Below are positions 13,429 through 26,883 of a stretch of DNA of 64,000 nt, piece by piece. Under the pieces are notes generated by a model. The model ran no database searches. It had not been told where the DNA came from and saw only the letters and a program-made list of their open reading frames with translations. A program made the translations under genes and the position numbers. Source of the stretch: Anaeramoeba ignava BMAN (Eukaryota; Protista; Anaeramoebae); contig JAPDFW010000112.1 in NCBI GenBank assembly GCA_028826165.1, positions 62,001 to 126,000 of the forward strand. The letters run 5' to 3'. Position 1 is the first letter of the stretch. Each line of letters begins with the position of its first letter.

Positions 13429-14783
13429 ATGAATGATCATTTTTTTCGTCAGTTTTTACTTTTTTTAAATGAACAACAACTTCAACAAGAAAATCGAAAT
13501 TTAAATTTAAATCCAAATCAAAATCAAAATCAAAATTTAAATCCAAATTTAAATCCAAATTTAAATCAAAATTTAAATCCAAATCAAAATTTAAATCCAA
13601 ATCAAAATGTGGATCTTGAAAATCAAAATCAAAATCAAAATCAAAATCAAAATCAAAATGATCCACATTCTCTCTTCAATGAATTTGATATTGATGATAA
13701 TTTAATTGATGAAAGCATTGATTCCTCTTTGGATTATTTTCAACTTATTTTTCCTTATATTTTCCTTTTATTTTCAGTTTTTATTATTGAACATATTGTT
13801 GGATTTCTTGTTGGTTTATATTTTATAATTTCTTTTGCTCGAGCAAATCAAATACTCAAAGATCAAACAAAATTGAAAAAAGAAAGGAACATTCTCCCAT
13901 TATTTGCTTTGTCTTTGATAATTATCACTCAAATGACGATATTTTTTCTATTGTTTCATTCTGAAAAACTTTATCAACTTCTTTATTTTAAAATTCCTGT
14001 TGAAAAACAAAAAACTTCAGGATCAAAAGGATCTCAAGATCCATCAGAAAATATGGGGTTTTTAAATTGTGATATTTCGGAATTATCATTTTTTAAAGCA
14101 TTATGGTTTGGATTTATTGCTGATTCTTTAATCAAAGCATTTTCTATTGTTATTCACTCTCTTTTGATTATCACAATTGTTCCTTGTTTTTCTGGAAGTA
14201 ATTCTGCAAATATTTATTCTGTTGTTGAATCATTCTTTGTTTTGGTTAGAACTTTACTTCCTATTCGTGTTTGGTATTGCTATTTTTCTCTACTTGGTTT
14301 TAGATACAGTTATCTTTTTGCTAATACTTATTTTGTTTTCAAGTTGGTTCGACTTTTTAAACCTTTATCAGGATTAATTAATCAAATCCGTTCTCTTGCA
14401 AATCGACAAACAGTATTTTTTTTTAAAAATTAAAATTCATTTTAAAATTAAAAATTAAAATCGGAAAAAATTTTTTTGTTAGTTATTTGGAAGATATTCT
14501 CGACAATCAGAACTTGAAAATAATGATAATTGTCCAATATGTTTAGAAAGATTTAAAAATCCAGTAACTCTTGAATGCAATCATATTTTTTGTGAAGAAT
14601 GCATTAATACTTGGTAAAATTTTTTTTTAAAAATTTTTAAATTTTAATTTTTAATTTTTAATATTTAAATAAAAAAGGCTTGAAAGAAATACAGAATGTC
14701 CTTTATGTCGTCATAGAATTCAATTTTCTGGGCTTGGTACTTATTCTCATGGAGGAATTAATAATCAATTATTAATATTTTAA
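13429..14783 (+). CDS. RNFT1: RING finger and transmembrane domain protein (RNFT1/2-like E3 ligase)
   Basis: Several hydrophobic helices. Introns 14413-14482 and 14614-14677 give C3HC4 [43 protein letters not shown]; TAA 14781-14783. Confidence 0.85.
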
Positions 14784-14933
14784 TTTTCCAAAAAAAAAAA
14801 TAATTTCTTTTTTTCTTTTCTTTTTTTTTTTTGCTTTTAAAATTTTTTGACAAATAAAAAGTGGAACAAAAATTGAATTTTGAATTTTTTGATTTGAAAA
14901 TTAAAAATTAAAATTAAAATTAAAATTAAAAAA

Positions 14934-16550
14934 TTAAAGAAAATAAGTTTCAAGTTCTTCAACTTGCCATTGATTAAGAGAACCAGCTAAATAATTTTTA
15001 GCTTCATTTGTTCCAAATTCAATTCCATTTGGAGTACTATAAGTATGACCAAAATTAGAACCACCAGGTTGCAAATATGAATTAAGATAGATATCAGCAC
15101 CACCACCAAAAGTTGGACCATCATTAGCAACATAATAAATAGCAGTTGTTTGATTGCCTTGTTTGATTGGGAATTTCTCTGGCGGTCTGTTGTTCTTGTC
15201 ATTTCGAAGGGAAAAAATAAATGCATTTGGGTCAATAATATAGCCTTCATTGCCGTAATCGGCTAACCATTTGGATCTATTGTTTGTAAATCCAACTTCA
15301 GTAAAACCTCCAAAAATAAAATTATCTTTTGTTTTGATAATAACTAATGTTTTTCCTTTATTATCAACAGCACTGTGCCAATTTGTGCAAGAGAATCCAT
15401 CTCTTTTCGCTGAAAATCCTCTTTTCATCTTGGAAAAAAATTCATCATTATTGATCCACTTTCTTAATCTCTTGATGTGATTTAAATCCTTTATGATTTC
15501 CGAGTCTGAATACTGAGGGTAAAGATTCTTTGCAGATTCAAGTTCCTTTTGGTAATCATCGAAAACAGGCTTCATTTTCTTGTTTTCTGTTCGGAGATCT
15601 TGATTATCATGCTCTTTTTGCTCGATTTCTGACTTCAAATCTTTGATTTCTTTCTCCTTCTTTTGGATTTCTGTTTCTCTTTGATTGACTTGATTTTTCA
15701 ACGTTTGTTTCTCTTTTTTTTCAATTTCAAAACGCGGTTCTTGAAGATGAAGTAAAAATGACTTTGGGAAAAAATCCACATCTTTGAATTTTTCGAGATC
15801 TGGTTTGAGAATATCGTTCTTGGTGAAACAAGAGAAAAATGAGTGGAATAAACCTTTCCTTTTGTTGATTTTGATGTTTGTCTTCTCTCCTTTTAACGAA
15901 TCTGTTTGATTCTCGATCCACTTATTCAAAAAATCAAAGAAATCCAAATTGAATGTTTGTCTGTTTTGCTTTCGCAAATTGATTAATTTCAAAATTTCGT
16001 CTTTTGTCAGCTTTAAAAAATCTGGATTCCCTTTAATTTTCGCAAAGTTTTGATCCATAAGATAAAGGCATTTTTGTTCAATATCCACTAACTTTAATTT
16101 TCTGTTGTGGAAAAAATACTCAAAATAATTTTCTTGATTAATTGAATTTGAAATTGTGTTTTCAAAAATATTCTTTAGAAATGATAATTGAAAAAGTGTT
16201 GAAATTTCCAGCAATTCAAAAAGATTTTCCTGTTCTGAAAAAGTTACGTCTCCAAAATAAATGTATCTCAAAATTGAGTCCATTTCCTTTTTGTTAAATT
16301 GATTCAAAAAGATTTCCTGAATTTGTTTTTGAGTTTTCAAGTAAGCGCTAAAAAATGGGGATCTTGATGATAAAATTGATTTATGAACTTGAAACTCGAA
16401 TTTGCTTTCTTTTTCTCCAACAAAAATAGAAAAGTCTTTAAATGCACCTCCATTTAAAAGATTTGAGTAATCTTTAAATAGAATTGCTTTTGTTTGTTTC
16501 TCGATAATTTGCATTGGATCATCGTCATTATGATTTTGGATGTTGTACAT
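14934..16550 (-). CDS. BTB/POZ + coiled-coil + TLDc domain protein
   Basis: ATG 16550. BTB KDFSIFV...FQVHKSILSSRSPFF; TLDc SAKRDGFS...HSAVDNKGKTLVIIKT..FIFGGFT...GPTFGGG...VEELETY. Confidence 0.88.
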   Translation of the reverse strand: MYNIQNHNDDDPMQIIEKQTKAILFKDYSNLLNGGAFKDFSIFVGEKESKFEFQVHKSILSSRSPFFSAYLKTQKQIQEIFLNQFNKKEMDSILRYIYFGDVTFSEQENLFELLEISTLFQLSFLKNIFENTISNSINQENYFEYFFHNRKLKLVDIEQKCLYLMDQNFAKIKGNPDFLKLTKDEILKLINLRKQNRQTFNLDFFDFLNKWIENQTDSLKGEKTNIKINKRKGLFHSFFSCFTKNDILKPDLEKFKDVDFFPKSFLLHLQEPRFEIEKKEKQTLKNQVNQRETEIQKKEKEIKDLKSEIEQKEHDNQDLRTENKKMKPVFDDYQKELESAKNLYPQYSDSEIIKDLNHIKRLRKWINNDEFFSKMKRGFSAKRDGFSCTNWHSAVDNKGKTLVIIKTKDNFIFGGFTEVGFTNNRSKWLADYGNEGYIIDPNAFIFSLRNDKNNRPPEKFPIKQGNQTTAIYYVANDGPTFGGGADIYLNSYLQPGGSNFGHTYSTPNGIEFGTNEAKNYLAGSLNQWQVEELETYFL

Positions 16551-16659
16551 TGTTTTTTTTAAAAAAATAAAAATAAAAAATAAAAAATGAAAAAAAAAAA
16601 GCAAAAATTATTTCGTTCACTTTTTGTTGGAAAAATTTCCTTGAACAAAATTAAATCAA

Positions 16660-17752
16660 ATTCCGAATTAAATATTAAAATTAAATCAAATATTAAATAA
16701 AAATTAAATATTAAATTAAATATTAAATTAAATATTAAATTAAATTAAATATTAAATTAAATATTAAATTAAATTAAATATTAAATTAAATATTAAATCA
16801 AATAATAAATTAAATATTAAATTAAATTAAATATTAAATTAAATATTAAATATTAAATATTAAATATTAAATATTAAATATTAAATCAAATATTAAATCA
16901 AATATTAAATTAAATATTAAATCAAATCAAATATTAAATATCAAATTAAATATTAAAATCAAATTAAATATTAAATATTAAATCAAATTAAATATTAAAT
17001 TAAATATTAAATATTAAATTAAATATTAAATATTAAAAAATTAAATAAAAATTAAAAAAATTAAAATTAAATATTAAATCAAATCAAATATTAAATATCA
17101 AATTAAATATTAAATCAAATTAAATATTAAATTAAAATTAAATATTAAAATTAAAATTAAATATTAAAATAAAAATTAAATTAAATATTAAATATTAAAT
17201 TAAATATTAAATCAAATCAAATATTAAATAATTATTAAATTAAATTAAATATTAAATATTAAATTAAATATTAAATCAAATCAAATATTAAATTAAATAT
17301 TAAATCAAATATTAAATATTAAATCAAATTTCAAATTAAATATTAAATCAAATAAATAAAATCAAATTAAAATTAAATATTAAATTAAATATTAAATATT
17401 AAATTAAATATTAAATATTAAATCAAATTAAATATTAAATCAAATTAAATATTAAATCAAATTAAATATTAAATCAAATTAAATTAAATATTAAATTAAA
17501 TATTAAATTAAATATTAAATCAAATTTCAAATTAAATATCAAATTAAATATTAAATCAAATCATTAAATATTAAATCAAATATTAAATATTAAATCAAAT
17601 TAAATATTAAATATTAAAATCAAATTCCAAATTAAAAAATTAAATATTAAATATTAAATATTAAATAAATATTAAATATTAAATAGAAAATTAAATATTA
17701 AATTAAATATTAAATATTAAATCAAATTCCAAATTAAATATTAAATTAAATC
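16660..17752. repeat. Degenerate intergenic satellite (AAATATT/AAATT/AAATC units)
   Basis: About 1.1 kb between divergently transcribed genes. Confidence 0.9.
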
Positions 17753-17955
17753 AATGTCAAGTTTTTAAAAAAAAAATCAAAGCCAAAATCAAATTCTTGT
17801 TTTTTTAAATTTTTTTTTTCATTTTTTTTTTCCTCTTTTTCTTAAATTTTGTTCTTTATTTTTTTTTTTTAAAACACAAACACAAAAATAAAAATACACA
17901 CAAAAATACACACAAAAATACACACAAAAATACACACAAAAATAAACACAAAAAC

Positions 17956-20812
17956 ATGAATAAAAAAGTTAAAGTTAACTTTGAATATCCACAATTTGCA
18001 CAATCAGTTGATATTGAAATTGAAGGAAAAGTATTATTAAAAAATTTAATTAAAAAAATTAATTAAAAAATTTAATTCAAAATTTAATTAAAAAATTTAT
18101 TTAAAAAATAGAGATTTTCATTAGAAAAAAAAGATGAGATTTTTTCAACTGATTTAGAATTGGAACCAAAAACTTATAAATTTAAATTTCATGTTCTTGA
18201 TTGGTTTGGACAAAATTTTTCTGTTGATGATATTGTAATAGTTAGACCAGAAAATATTATTTTTCAATCAAAACAAAAAGAAGCAGAAGAAATATTAAAC
18301 GAAACATCAAGTGAACCAAGTGAAATATTAAATGAAACATCAAGCGAATCGAATTTTGAAAATGATTTTAATTTTGATTTTGATAACAACAATAACAACA
18401 ACAATAACAATAATAACAACAATAATAACAATAATAACAATAATAACAATAATAACAATAATAACAATAATAACAATATGAAAGATTCCCAAAAAAAATT
18501 AAATCAAAATATTCAATCAAAATTATTCACTTTAAAAAGAGATTATCAAACAAAAAATCAAGATTATCAAAATCAAGATATTCAAAAAAATTCATTTGAT
18601 ATTCAACATATTCAGCAACAAGAACAAACAAATCAAGATTATCAAAATCAAAATATTCAAGAACAAACAGACCAAAATTATCAAAATCAAAATATTCCAA
18701 TAAATTCAAATATTCAAGAAAAATTATTCACTTCAAAAAGAGATTACAAAACAAAAAATCAAGATTATCAAAATCAAAATCAAAATATTCAAGAACAAAA
18801 AATCAAGATTATCAAAATCAAAATATTCAAGAACAAACAAATCAAGATTACCAAAATCAAAATATTCAAGAACAAACAAACCAAAATTATCAAAATCAAA
18901 ATATTCCAATAAATTCAAATATTCAAGAAAAATTATTCACTTCAAAAAGAGATTACAAAACAAAAAATCAAGATTATCAAAATCAAAATCAAAATATTCA
19001 AGAACAAACAAATAAATTTGATATTCAAGAAAAATTATTCACTTCAAAAAGAGATTACAAAACAAAAAATCAAGATTATAAAACAAAAAGTCAAAACCAA
19101 AACCAAATTCAAGATCAAAAATTAAAAAATTTCTATAATACAACAAATCCAAATATTCATCAAAAAAAAACAAATTCATTTGATATTCAAAAAAATAAAG
19201 ATTATCAAAATCCAAATATCCAAAAAAAATCAAATATACTTGATAATCCAATAAATCAAAGCAATGACTTAAATGAAAATAATCTTGAAAAACAACACCA
19301 GACAAAAAAACCTAATTTAGTCTCTACTTTTTCAAGTAAGATTTATCTTTTTTCTCATTTTTTTTAAAAACTTTGAATAATATCCAAATAACAATTTATT
19401 CTAAAAAAATACAAAAATCTTTTTTTTTTTAAATATAAATAGAAAGTCAAATCTCAAACAATAATATTAATTTTTATAAAGAAATAACTTTAAAGGAGAA
19501 GTTTCTTTTATGCTTTTTTGCTGCTGAAAATTTTCTTTTACAAAAAAAATATTCAGAACAAACCCTTCAAGATATTTTTGATAAAATTCAAATTTTCAAG
19601 AATAGAGTTAGAAATTTTGGAAATTTAAGTGTAGATGAAATATTTAAAAATTTCGATCAAGAAAACAAATTTAAACTTTTACCAAAAAATTCTTCTTATA
19701 TTACTTCCCATCTTTTAACAAATCTGGAAGATTTTATTGAAAAAAGGAAAACACAAAATATTTCTTTAGTAGTTCATTTAAGTAATTCAACAACAAAAAA
19801 AAATGAATTGTTTGCAATTTATTTTGTTAAACAAACAGACTCGAATTTTATTGAACATTTTAATGAGCAGATTGTATTATTTGATTTCAAATTAAGAAAG
19901 GTTGATAAAAAAACTGAAGCAAGTTTTGTTTTTTTTGAAAATTTACAAATGTTAAATTATTTTTTCACTCATTTAATGGGTTCTGAATTTTTTACAACAC
20001 AATTTTTTATGATTCAACAAAATCAAGATAGTTTAAGAACAAATATAGAAACAAATATATATTCAACTCCAATTCGCCAAAAGTTAAAAACAAAAAAAGA
20101 ATTCAAATTTACTCCAAATTTAAATTTAGCAAAATTAAGAAGATATTCAAAACCAAGTTTAGAAACAGATTCAAATTTAAAAACATATTCAAATTCAAAT
20201 TCAAAACCAAATTTAGAAACATATTCAAATTCAAAACCAAGTTTAGAAACATATTCAAATTCAAAACCAAGTTTAGAAACATATTCAAATTCAAAACCAA
20301 ATTTAGAAACATATTCAAATTCAAAACCAAATTTAGAAACAGATTCAAATTCAAAACCAAATTTAAAAACAAATTCAAATTTAAAACCAAATTTAAATTT
20401 AAAAACATATTCAAAAACAAATTTAAATTTAGAAACAGATTCAAAAACAAATTTAAAAACAAATTCAAATTCAAAACCAAATTTAGAAACATATTCAAAT
20501 TTAAAACCAAATTTAAATTTAAAAACATATTCAAATTCAAAACCAAATTCAAATTTAAAAACATATTCAAATTTAAAAACATATTCAAATTTAAAACCAA
20601 ATTTAAAAACAAATTCAAATTTAAAACAAAATTTAAAAACAGATTCAAAACAAAATTCAAAACAAAATTCTCAAAATTATTCAATTTTACAAAATTATAT
20701 TTCTCAATTTAATCAAGAAATTGAACAAGAATTAAGAAATTTAAGGAAATATACACTCAACCGAATTTCGAAAATTGAATCAAAAATTACAAATTTTTTT
20801 GAAGAAAAATAA
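17956..20812 (+). CDS. Hypothetical protein with N-terminal CBM48/AMPK-beta-like carbohydrate-binding fold and extensive N/Q and SNSKPNLET repeats
   Basis: ATG 17956; introns 18031-18111 and 19336-19442 are in phase. N-terminus ...LELEPKTYKFKFHVLDW resembles the CBM48 L.PG.Y.YKF.VDG.W pattern. One-base frameshift near 18797 within a repeat copy. Confidence 0.55.
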
Positions 20813-20992
20813 TAAATTTTTTAAAATCAAAAAAAAGAATAAAATTAATTAAAAAATTAATTAAAAAATTAATTAAAAAATTAATTAAAAAATTTGGATT
20901 AAAAATTTAATTCAAATGAATTAAAAAAATCCAAATCAAAAAGAAAAAGAAAAAGAAAAAGAAAAAGAAAAGAAGAATCAAAAAAAAGAGAA

Positions 20993-22133
20993 TCAATTAT
21001 CAATGATTTTTTGAGTTTCTTCAGCAACAGGGAAAGTTTTTAAACCAGAATTTCTTTTTTTGCGATAAAGAAGGAAAACAATAATAATAACTGAAATTAC
21101 AAGAACACCACCAATAACGATTCCAGCAACACCACCTGCACCAATTGAGTCAGAAGATGAACTTGTTGTTGGATTTGGTGAAGGTGATGGCGAGGGAGAT
21201 GGTATATAACAGTAGCTTGTTGGTCCATAAAACCATCCATTTGTTTCGCATTGTGTTCCTATTGGTCCATTGTTATCTCCATAATAACACTTAGAATCCC
21301 AATAACACCATCCACAACTTCGATCATAATAATGTTGTAAACATAATGCACAATTATTGTAATATGTTTCACAATCATTTGTTGGGACTATTAATTTTAA
21401 TTTTAATTTTAATTTTAATTTTAATTTTAATTTTAATTTTAATTTTAATTTTGATTTTATAAATGAATTTTAATTTTAATTTTAATTTTAATTTATGATT
21501 TTAATTTTAATTTTAATTTTAATTTTAATTTTAATTTTAATTTTAATTTTAATTTTAATTTTAATTATAATTTTAATATTAATTTTAATTTTAATTTTAA
21601 TTTTAATTTTAATTTTAATTTTAATTTTAATTTTAATATTAATATTAATTTTAATTTTAATATTAATATTAATTTTAATTTTAATTTTAATTTTAATTTT
21701 TAATAATTTTAATTTTAATTTTAATTTTAATTTTAATTTTAATTTTAATATTAAATAAGAGAATAAAAAATACAAGGAGAAGGACTAGGGGAAACAGAAG
21801 GAGAAGGAGAAGGAGGAGGAGAAGGAGGAGGAGGACCAGAACAATTAGAATCAGGACCGAAAAACCAAGAATTTTGGGAACAAGATTGATTAAATGGACC
21901 AGAATAATTTCCAGAAAAACAAGAAGAAGAATCGTTGCACCATCCACAACTTCTATCAATAAAATGTGTTAAGCATAATTCACATTCATTATAATAATTG
22001 CATTCGTTGGTGTCAATCACTTCTATTTCTATTTCGGTTTTCTTTTTTCTTTTTCTTTTGAAAATCCTTCAATTTTTATTATCGTTATGTTAATTAACAC
22101 CAAAATTAAAAATATTTTTATTTCTTTCTTCAT
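20993..22133 (-). CDS. Type I membrane protein with two PSI (plexin-repeat)-like Cys domains and Ser/Pro linkers
   Basis: Signal peptide from ATG 22133, with an apparent 1-nt loss in an A-run near 22045. Two C..C..CL...DRSCGWC....C..G...GP...C...WF.GP...C domains, intron 21388-21773, TM helix GVAGIVIGGVLVISVIIIVFLLY then RKKR; TGA 20993-20995. Confidence 0.75.
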
Positions 22134-22259
22134 TTGGAAATTTTAAAAAATATGAAAAATGAAAAATGAAAAATGAAAAATGAAAAAAATTTTTTTTGCT
22201 TTTTAGTTTTTCTAAAGATTTTTATTCTATTTAGATCTAAAATAAATTTTTCATTTTAA

Positions 22260-23430
22260 ATTTTAAATTAATATTTAAATTGATATTTAAATTAATATTT
22301 AAATTGATATTTAAATTAATATTTAAATTAATATTTAAATTGATATTTAAATTGATATTTAAATTGATATTTAAATTGATATTTAAATTGATATTTAAAT
22401 TGATATTTAAATTGATATTTAAATTGATATTTAAATTGATATTTAAATTGATATTTAAATTGATATTTAAATTGATATTTAAATTGATATTTAAATTGAT
22501 ATTTAAATTGATATTTAAATTGATATTTAAATTGATATTTAAATTGATATTTAAATTGATATTTAAATTGATATTTAAATTGATATTTAAATTGATATTT
22601 AAATTGATATTTAAATTAATATTTAAATTGATATTTAAATTGATATTTTAAATTGATATTTTAAATTAATATTTTAAATTGATATTTAAATTGATATTTT
22701 AAATTGATATTTAAATTGATTTTAAATTGATATTTAAATTGATATTTAAATTGATATTTAAATTAATATTTAAATTGATATTTAAATTGATATTTAAATT
22801 GATATTTAAATTGATATTTAAATTGATATTTAAATTAATATTTAAATTGATATTTAAATTGATATTTAAATTGATATTTAAATTGATATTTAAATTGATA
22901 TTTAAATTGATATTTAAATTGATATTTAAATTGATATTTAAATTGATATTTAAATTGATATTTAAATTAATATTTAAATTGATATTTAAATTAATATTTA
23001 AATTAATATTTAAATTGATATTTAAATTGATTTTAAATTGATTTTTAAATTGATATTTAAATTGATTTTTAAATTGATATTTAAATTGATATTTAAATTG
23101 ATATTTAAATTGATATTTAAATTAATATTTAAATTGATATTTTAAATTGATATTTAAATTGATATTTAAATTAATATTTAAATTGATATTTAAATTGATA
23201 TTTAAATTGATATTTAAATTGATATTTAAATTGATATTTAAATTGATATTTAAATTAATATTTAAATTGATATTTAAATTAATATTTAAATTGATATTTA
23301 AATTAATATTTAAATTGATTTTAGTTTTAAATTGATATTTAAATTGATATTTAAATTGATATTTAAATTGATATTTAAATTGATATTTTAAATTGATATT
23401 TAAATTGATTTTAGTTTTAAATTGATTTTG
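22260..23430. repeat. 12-bp satellite (AAATTGATATTT)n
   Basis: About 1.17 kb, highly homogeneous, G/A variant at one position; source of the spurious LIFK ORFs. Confidence 0.97.
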
Positions 23431-23492
23431 ATTTCCAAATTTTTTTTGTTTCTAAATTAGTTTCCAAATTGTTTTTGTTTTTAAATTGATTT

Positions 23493-26400
23493 CTAAATTT
23501 GTTTTAAATTGATTTTTTCAGAAGTAAAATGCGTCTTCCTTTTCTTCTTTTTGTTAATATTCTTCCCACCAATTCGATCTTGAAAATCATTAATTTCAAA
23601 CAAAAACTTTCCTTGAACCTCTTCAACTTGATTTTGAAGAAACCTCATTGCAGCAAGATTAAAACCAACAAGATCTTTAAGATTTGAAATGGAATTTTTA
23701 GCAGGAATTTGAAGATCATCAAGAAGAGAAACAGCAATTTTATTAGAAACAATCTGCTTTTGATAAACTTTAACAATAAATAATAAACATCTTAAAGATA
23801 ATTCAACTTGATTTTTATTCACAATCCAAAAATGAAGAAACTTAAGCAGTCTCAAAGCACTTGTAAAAGGAATCACAAGAATAGCTTCCTCCAAATCATT
23901 TGATTTGATTTCCATCATGATTTTTAAAAGATATTCTGATGGAGAAAGTCCCATAAACAACGGATTATTTGACGGAATCGAAAAATCCTTTTCCGAAAAA
24001 TCATCATTTGATCCAAAAATCTTTTCAATTAATTCCAAAGACTCAAGAAGTTTTTCTGCGCCTTTGTAAGTCTCAAGACTCTTTTTTGCTGCTGTTTTTG
24101 ACTCGCTAATCACAGCATTCTCGTCATTTCTTTCCAAAAAATTCTCCAAATGGCGAGCTTTTTCTGAGTCTTGAATCAATGAGTCTTCAAAAAGAGAATC
24201 GAGCTCATTTTCCTTTTGTTCTTGAAGAACAAACTGTTCGTCTGATTTTGTCCAAACACGAATTGATTTATCATGTGATCCAGTAATCAAAAACGTGCCG
24301 TTTGAGTTGAGATCCATCGCCCATATCTCGGCTTTGTGACCGGATAGGGACATGATCTTCTCAAAGGAATCCGCATCCCAATAGCTGATAGTCTTGTCCT
24401 TTGAGGCTGTAAATATATAGTGCGTTTCAGGCACAAATTTCACTTGCATGATGCTGTCATCGTGTGCGAATATTGATCGATGACAGTCGCCGAAATCAAG
24501 TCCCCAGATCTTCAGGTTCTTGTCGGCGCTTCCTGTTGCAATAAGTGTTTCATCACTGGAGAAATCCATTGACATTGCGGGTAATTTATGCCCATAAAGA
24601 GCTAAATAAAATTTCAACGAATCCGCAAAGAAAATTTGGATCGTCGAATTTAAAAGTGATACTCCAATATACCGCCCCTTTGGTGAGTATCTCACACACA
24701 AAACATCGTCGGAAACCTTTAATGTTTTTGAATGAACTACTGTTAGTTGTTTTTTGGGCGGTTTCTTGTTCTCATTTTCTTCTTCCATTTCAATCGATTT
24801 TGACTTATTTCTTTTTTTGATTTTTTTGGAATTTTCATTTTCATTTTCATTTTCATTTTCATTTTCATAAACAGAATCAACAAGCTCAAATTCCCAGAAT
24901 TTAACGCATTTATCTGCGCCTCCTGTTATTATTCCGCTTCCATCAGGATTCATGTCCATTGTCCAAATTGCTCCCAAATGTGCTTTTTCAATTGATTCAA
25001 TTAATTTTGATGATAAAAAATCAAAAATTTGAATTTCTCCGTTTTTTGTGCCAATTATAAAATAACGGTCTCCAGGCGCAAATAAACAACACAATCCATA
25101 TCCCGAGTCTATTGTTTGCAGCGGCATGGCTGTTGATATGCTCCATATTTTCACAGCTTCACTTGATGTTGTTCCAACCAAATTGTCATCATGACTTATT
25201 TTCAATGAACGAATGTCTGAATTATGTCCTTGTTGAGTAATTGCTTTTTTTAATTTTGTCTTGATTTGCTCGTTTGCTTTTTCTGCAAATTTCAGTTCAT
25301 AGCTTTCGATGCTGTTGTTATTCAACCCCAAAATAATTTTCATTTTTGATTTGCTTTTTACTTTTCCTTTTCGAATTTCTAATTGTGTTTTTTCTGGAAT
25401 TGAAAATGATACAATTTTTGATGATCCTCGAATTGTAATTAAATTCGCAAATTTTAATGTGATTAATTGTTGATTTTTTTTCTCATCATTTTCATTATCA
25501 TTTTCTTGTGATTGTTTTTGAGGTTTTTCTAGTTTTTCTAATTTTTTCAATTTTTCAATTTTTCTTTTTTGAGTTCTTATCATTTTTTTTTCAACTTCAT
25601 TTTGATTTCTAACTTTGAAAATTTGCAATTTTTTTCCTGAAGTTTGACAAACTAAATATTTTGCATTTCTAACAAATCTAATTTTGATTACTCTTTCTGT
25701 AGATTGTTTTATAATTTCACCCATATAAACAATTTTTGTATTCAAAGGGTTAATTTCCTTTTCAATTTCTTTTTCATTAATTGAATTTTCTAATAAATTT
25801 TGTAAAAACCAGACTCTTAATTTTTGATCATTTGAGCCTGAAATAAGGAAATTTTCATCATTATCTATATCAAAGCTCCAAACTAAATTAATTTAAAATT
25901 CATTTATAAATTTAAAATTCATTTAAATTATTTTATAAATTTAAAATTCATTTATAAAATTAAAATTAAAATTCATTTATAAATTTAAAATTCATTTATA
26001 AATTTAAAATTCATTTATAAAATTAAAATTCAATTTAAATTAAAATTCATTTATAAAATTAAAATTAAAATTAAAATTAAATTAAAATTAAAATTAAATT
26101 AAAATTAAAATTGAAATTAAAATTAATTTATAAAATTAAAATTCATTTATAAAATTAAAATTCATTTATAAAATTTAAAAAAAATTACCTTCGTTTCTGT
26201 GACCTGCAATAGTATGAACACAATATTGTGAATCTAAATCCCAAAATTTAATTAATTTATCTTTTGAACTTGAAACAATCCAATTTTTCTTTTTCAAAAA
26301 TTTGCAATCAGTAATTTCATCTCTATGACCTCTTAAACGAAACAAACCCCTTTCAGAAACAACATCCCAACAGATCAAATCAGTATCTTTTGATCCTGAG

Positions 26401-26753
26401 CAAATGAGTGTTCCATCATGATTAAAAGATAAAGCAGAAATCTGAGAATAATGACCAAATAACTTGCAAATGCACTCAAGTGAGTGAGAATGCCACAAAC
26501 AAATAACACCATTTTGATGGCCAGTCGCTAATGTCTTGCTATCAGGCGATAGAGCCATTATCGTAATTTCAGATTCTATGCCCATGGATTGCTTTTCAAG
26601 TTCCCCTTTTTGTAAATTCCATACAAATATGTTTTCAAGTGCTGGAGTTATTATTAATTCAGGAAATTTTGATGATGTGATAATTGATGGTTTGGCTGAA
26701 TATATCAATCCAAAAATTCTTTGCGGTTTATATTTATAATAAATTTTAACCAT
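23493..26753 (-). CDS. WDR3: WD40 protein WDR3/Utp12/Dip2 (SSU processome UTP-B)
   Basis: Intron 25883-26188 joins HRNE-V-WSFDI. Signatures GLFRLRGHRDEIT, LYGHKLP, WGLDFGDCHRSIFAHDDSIM and C-terminal Utp12 domain DLEEAILVIPF...GFNLAAMRFL. Confidence 0.95.
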
Positions 26754-26883
26754 TTTATATAAAAGGAAAAAATGAAAAAAATGAAAATTAAAAATTTTTT
26801 TTTATTTTTTTAAAAAATTACGAATTATTTTTTTTTCATTTTTTAATTTTCATTTTTTCTTTTTTCTTTTTTCTTTTATTTTT
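26754..26883. promoter_or_regulatory. Compact bidirectional promoter (WDR3 / GT34)
   Basis: 130 bp between divergent ATGs; TGAAAA motifs at 26772-26788 face the minus gene and TCATTT motifs at 26836-26858 face the plus gene. Confidence 0.65.

Noticed and set aside
22280-23335. ORFs of (LIFK)n, and likewise (LINK)n at 51397-52983, (YLFI)n at 31195-31833 and IL/IK ORFs at 21488-21959
   Set aside because: Stop-free frames of tandem repeats lying in introns or intergenic DNA; not genes.
23950-24800. GC-richer island as lateral gene transfer
   Set aside because: It lies inside the conserved eukaryotic WDR3 ORF, and the same interior GC rise appears in other long exons.
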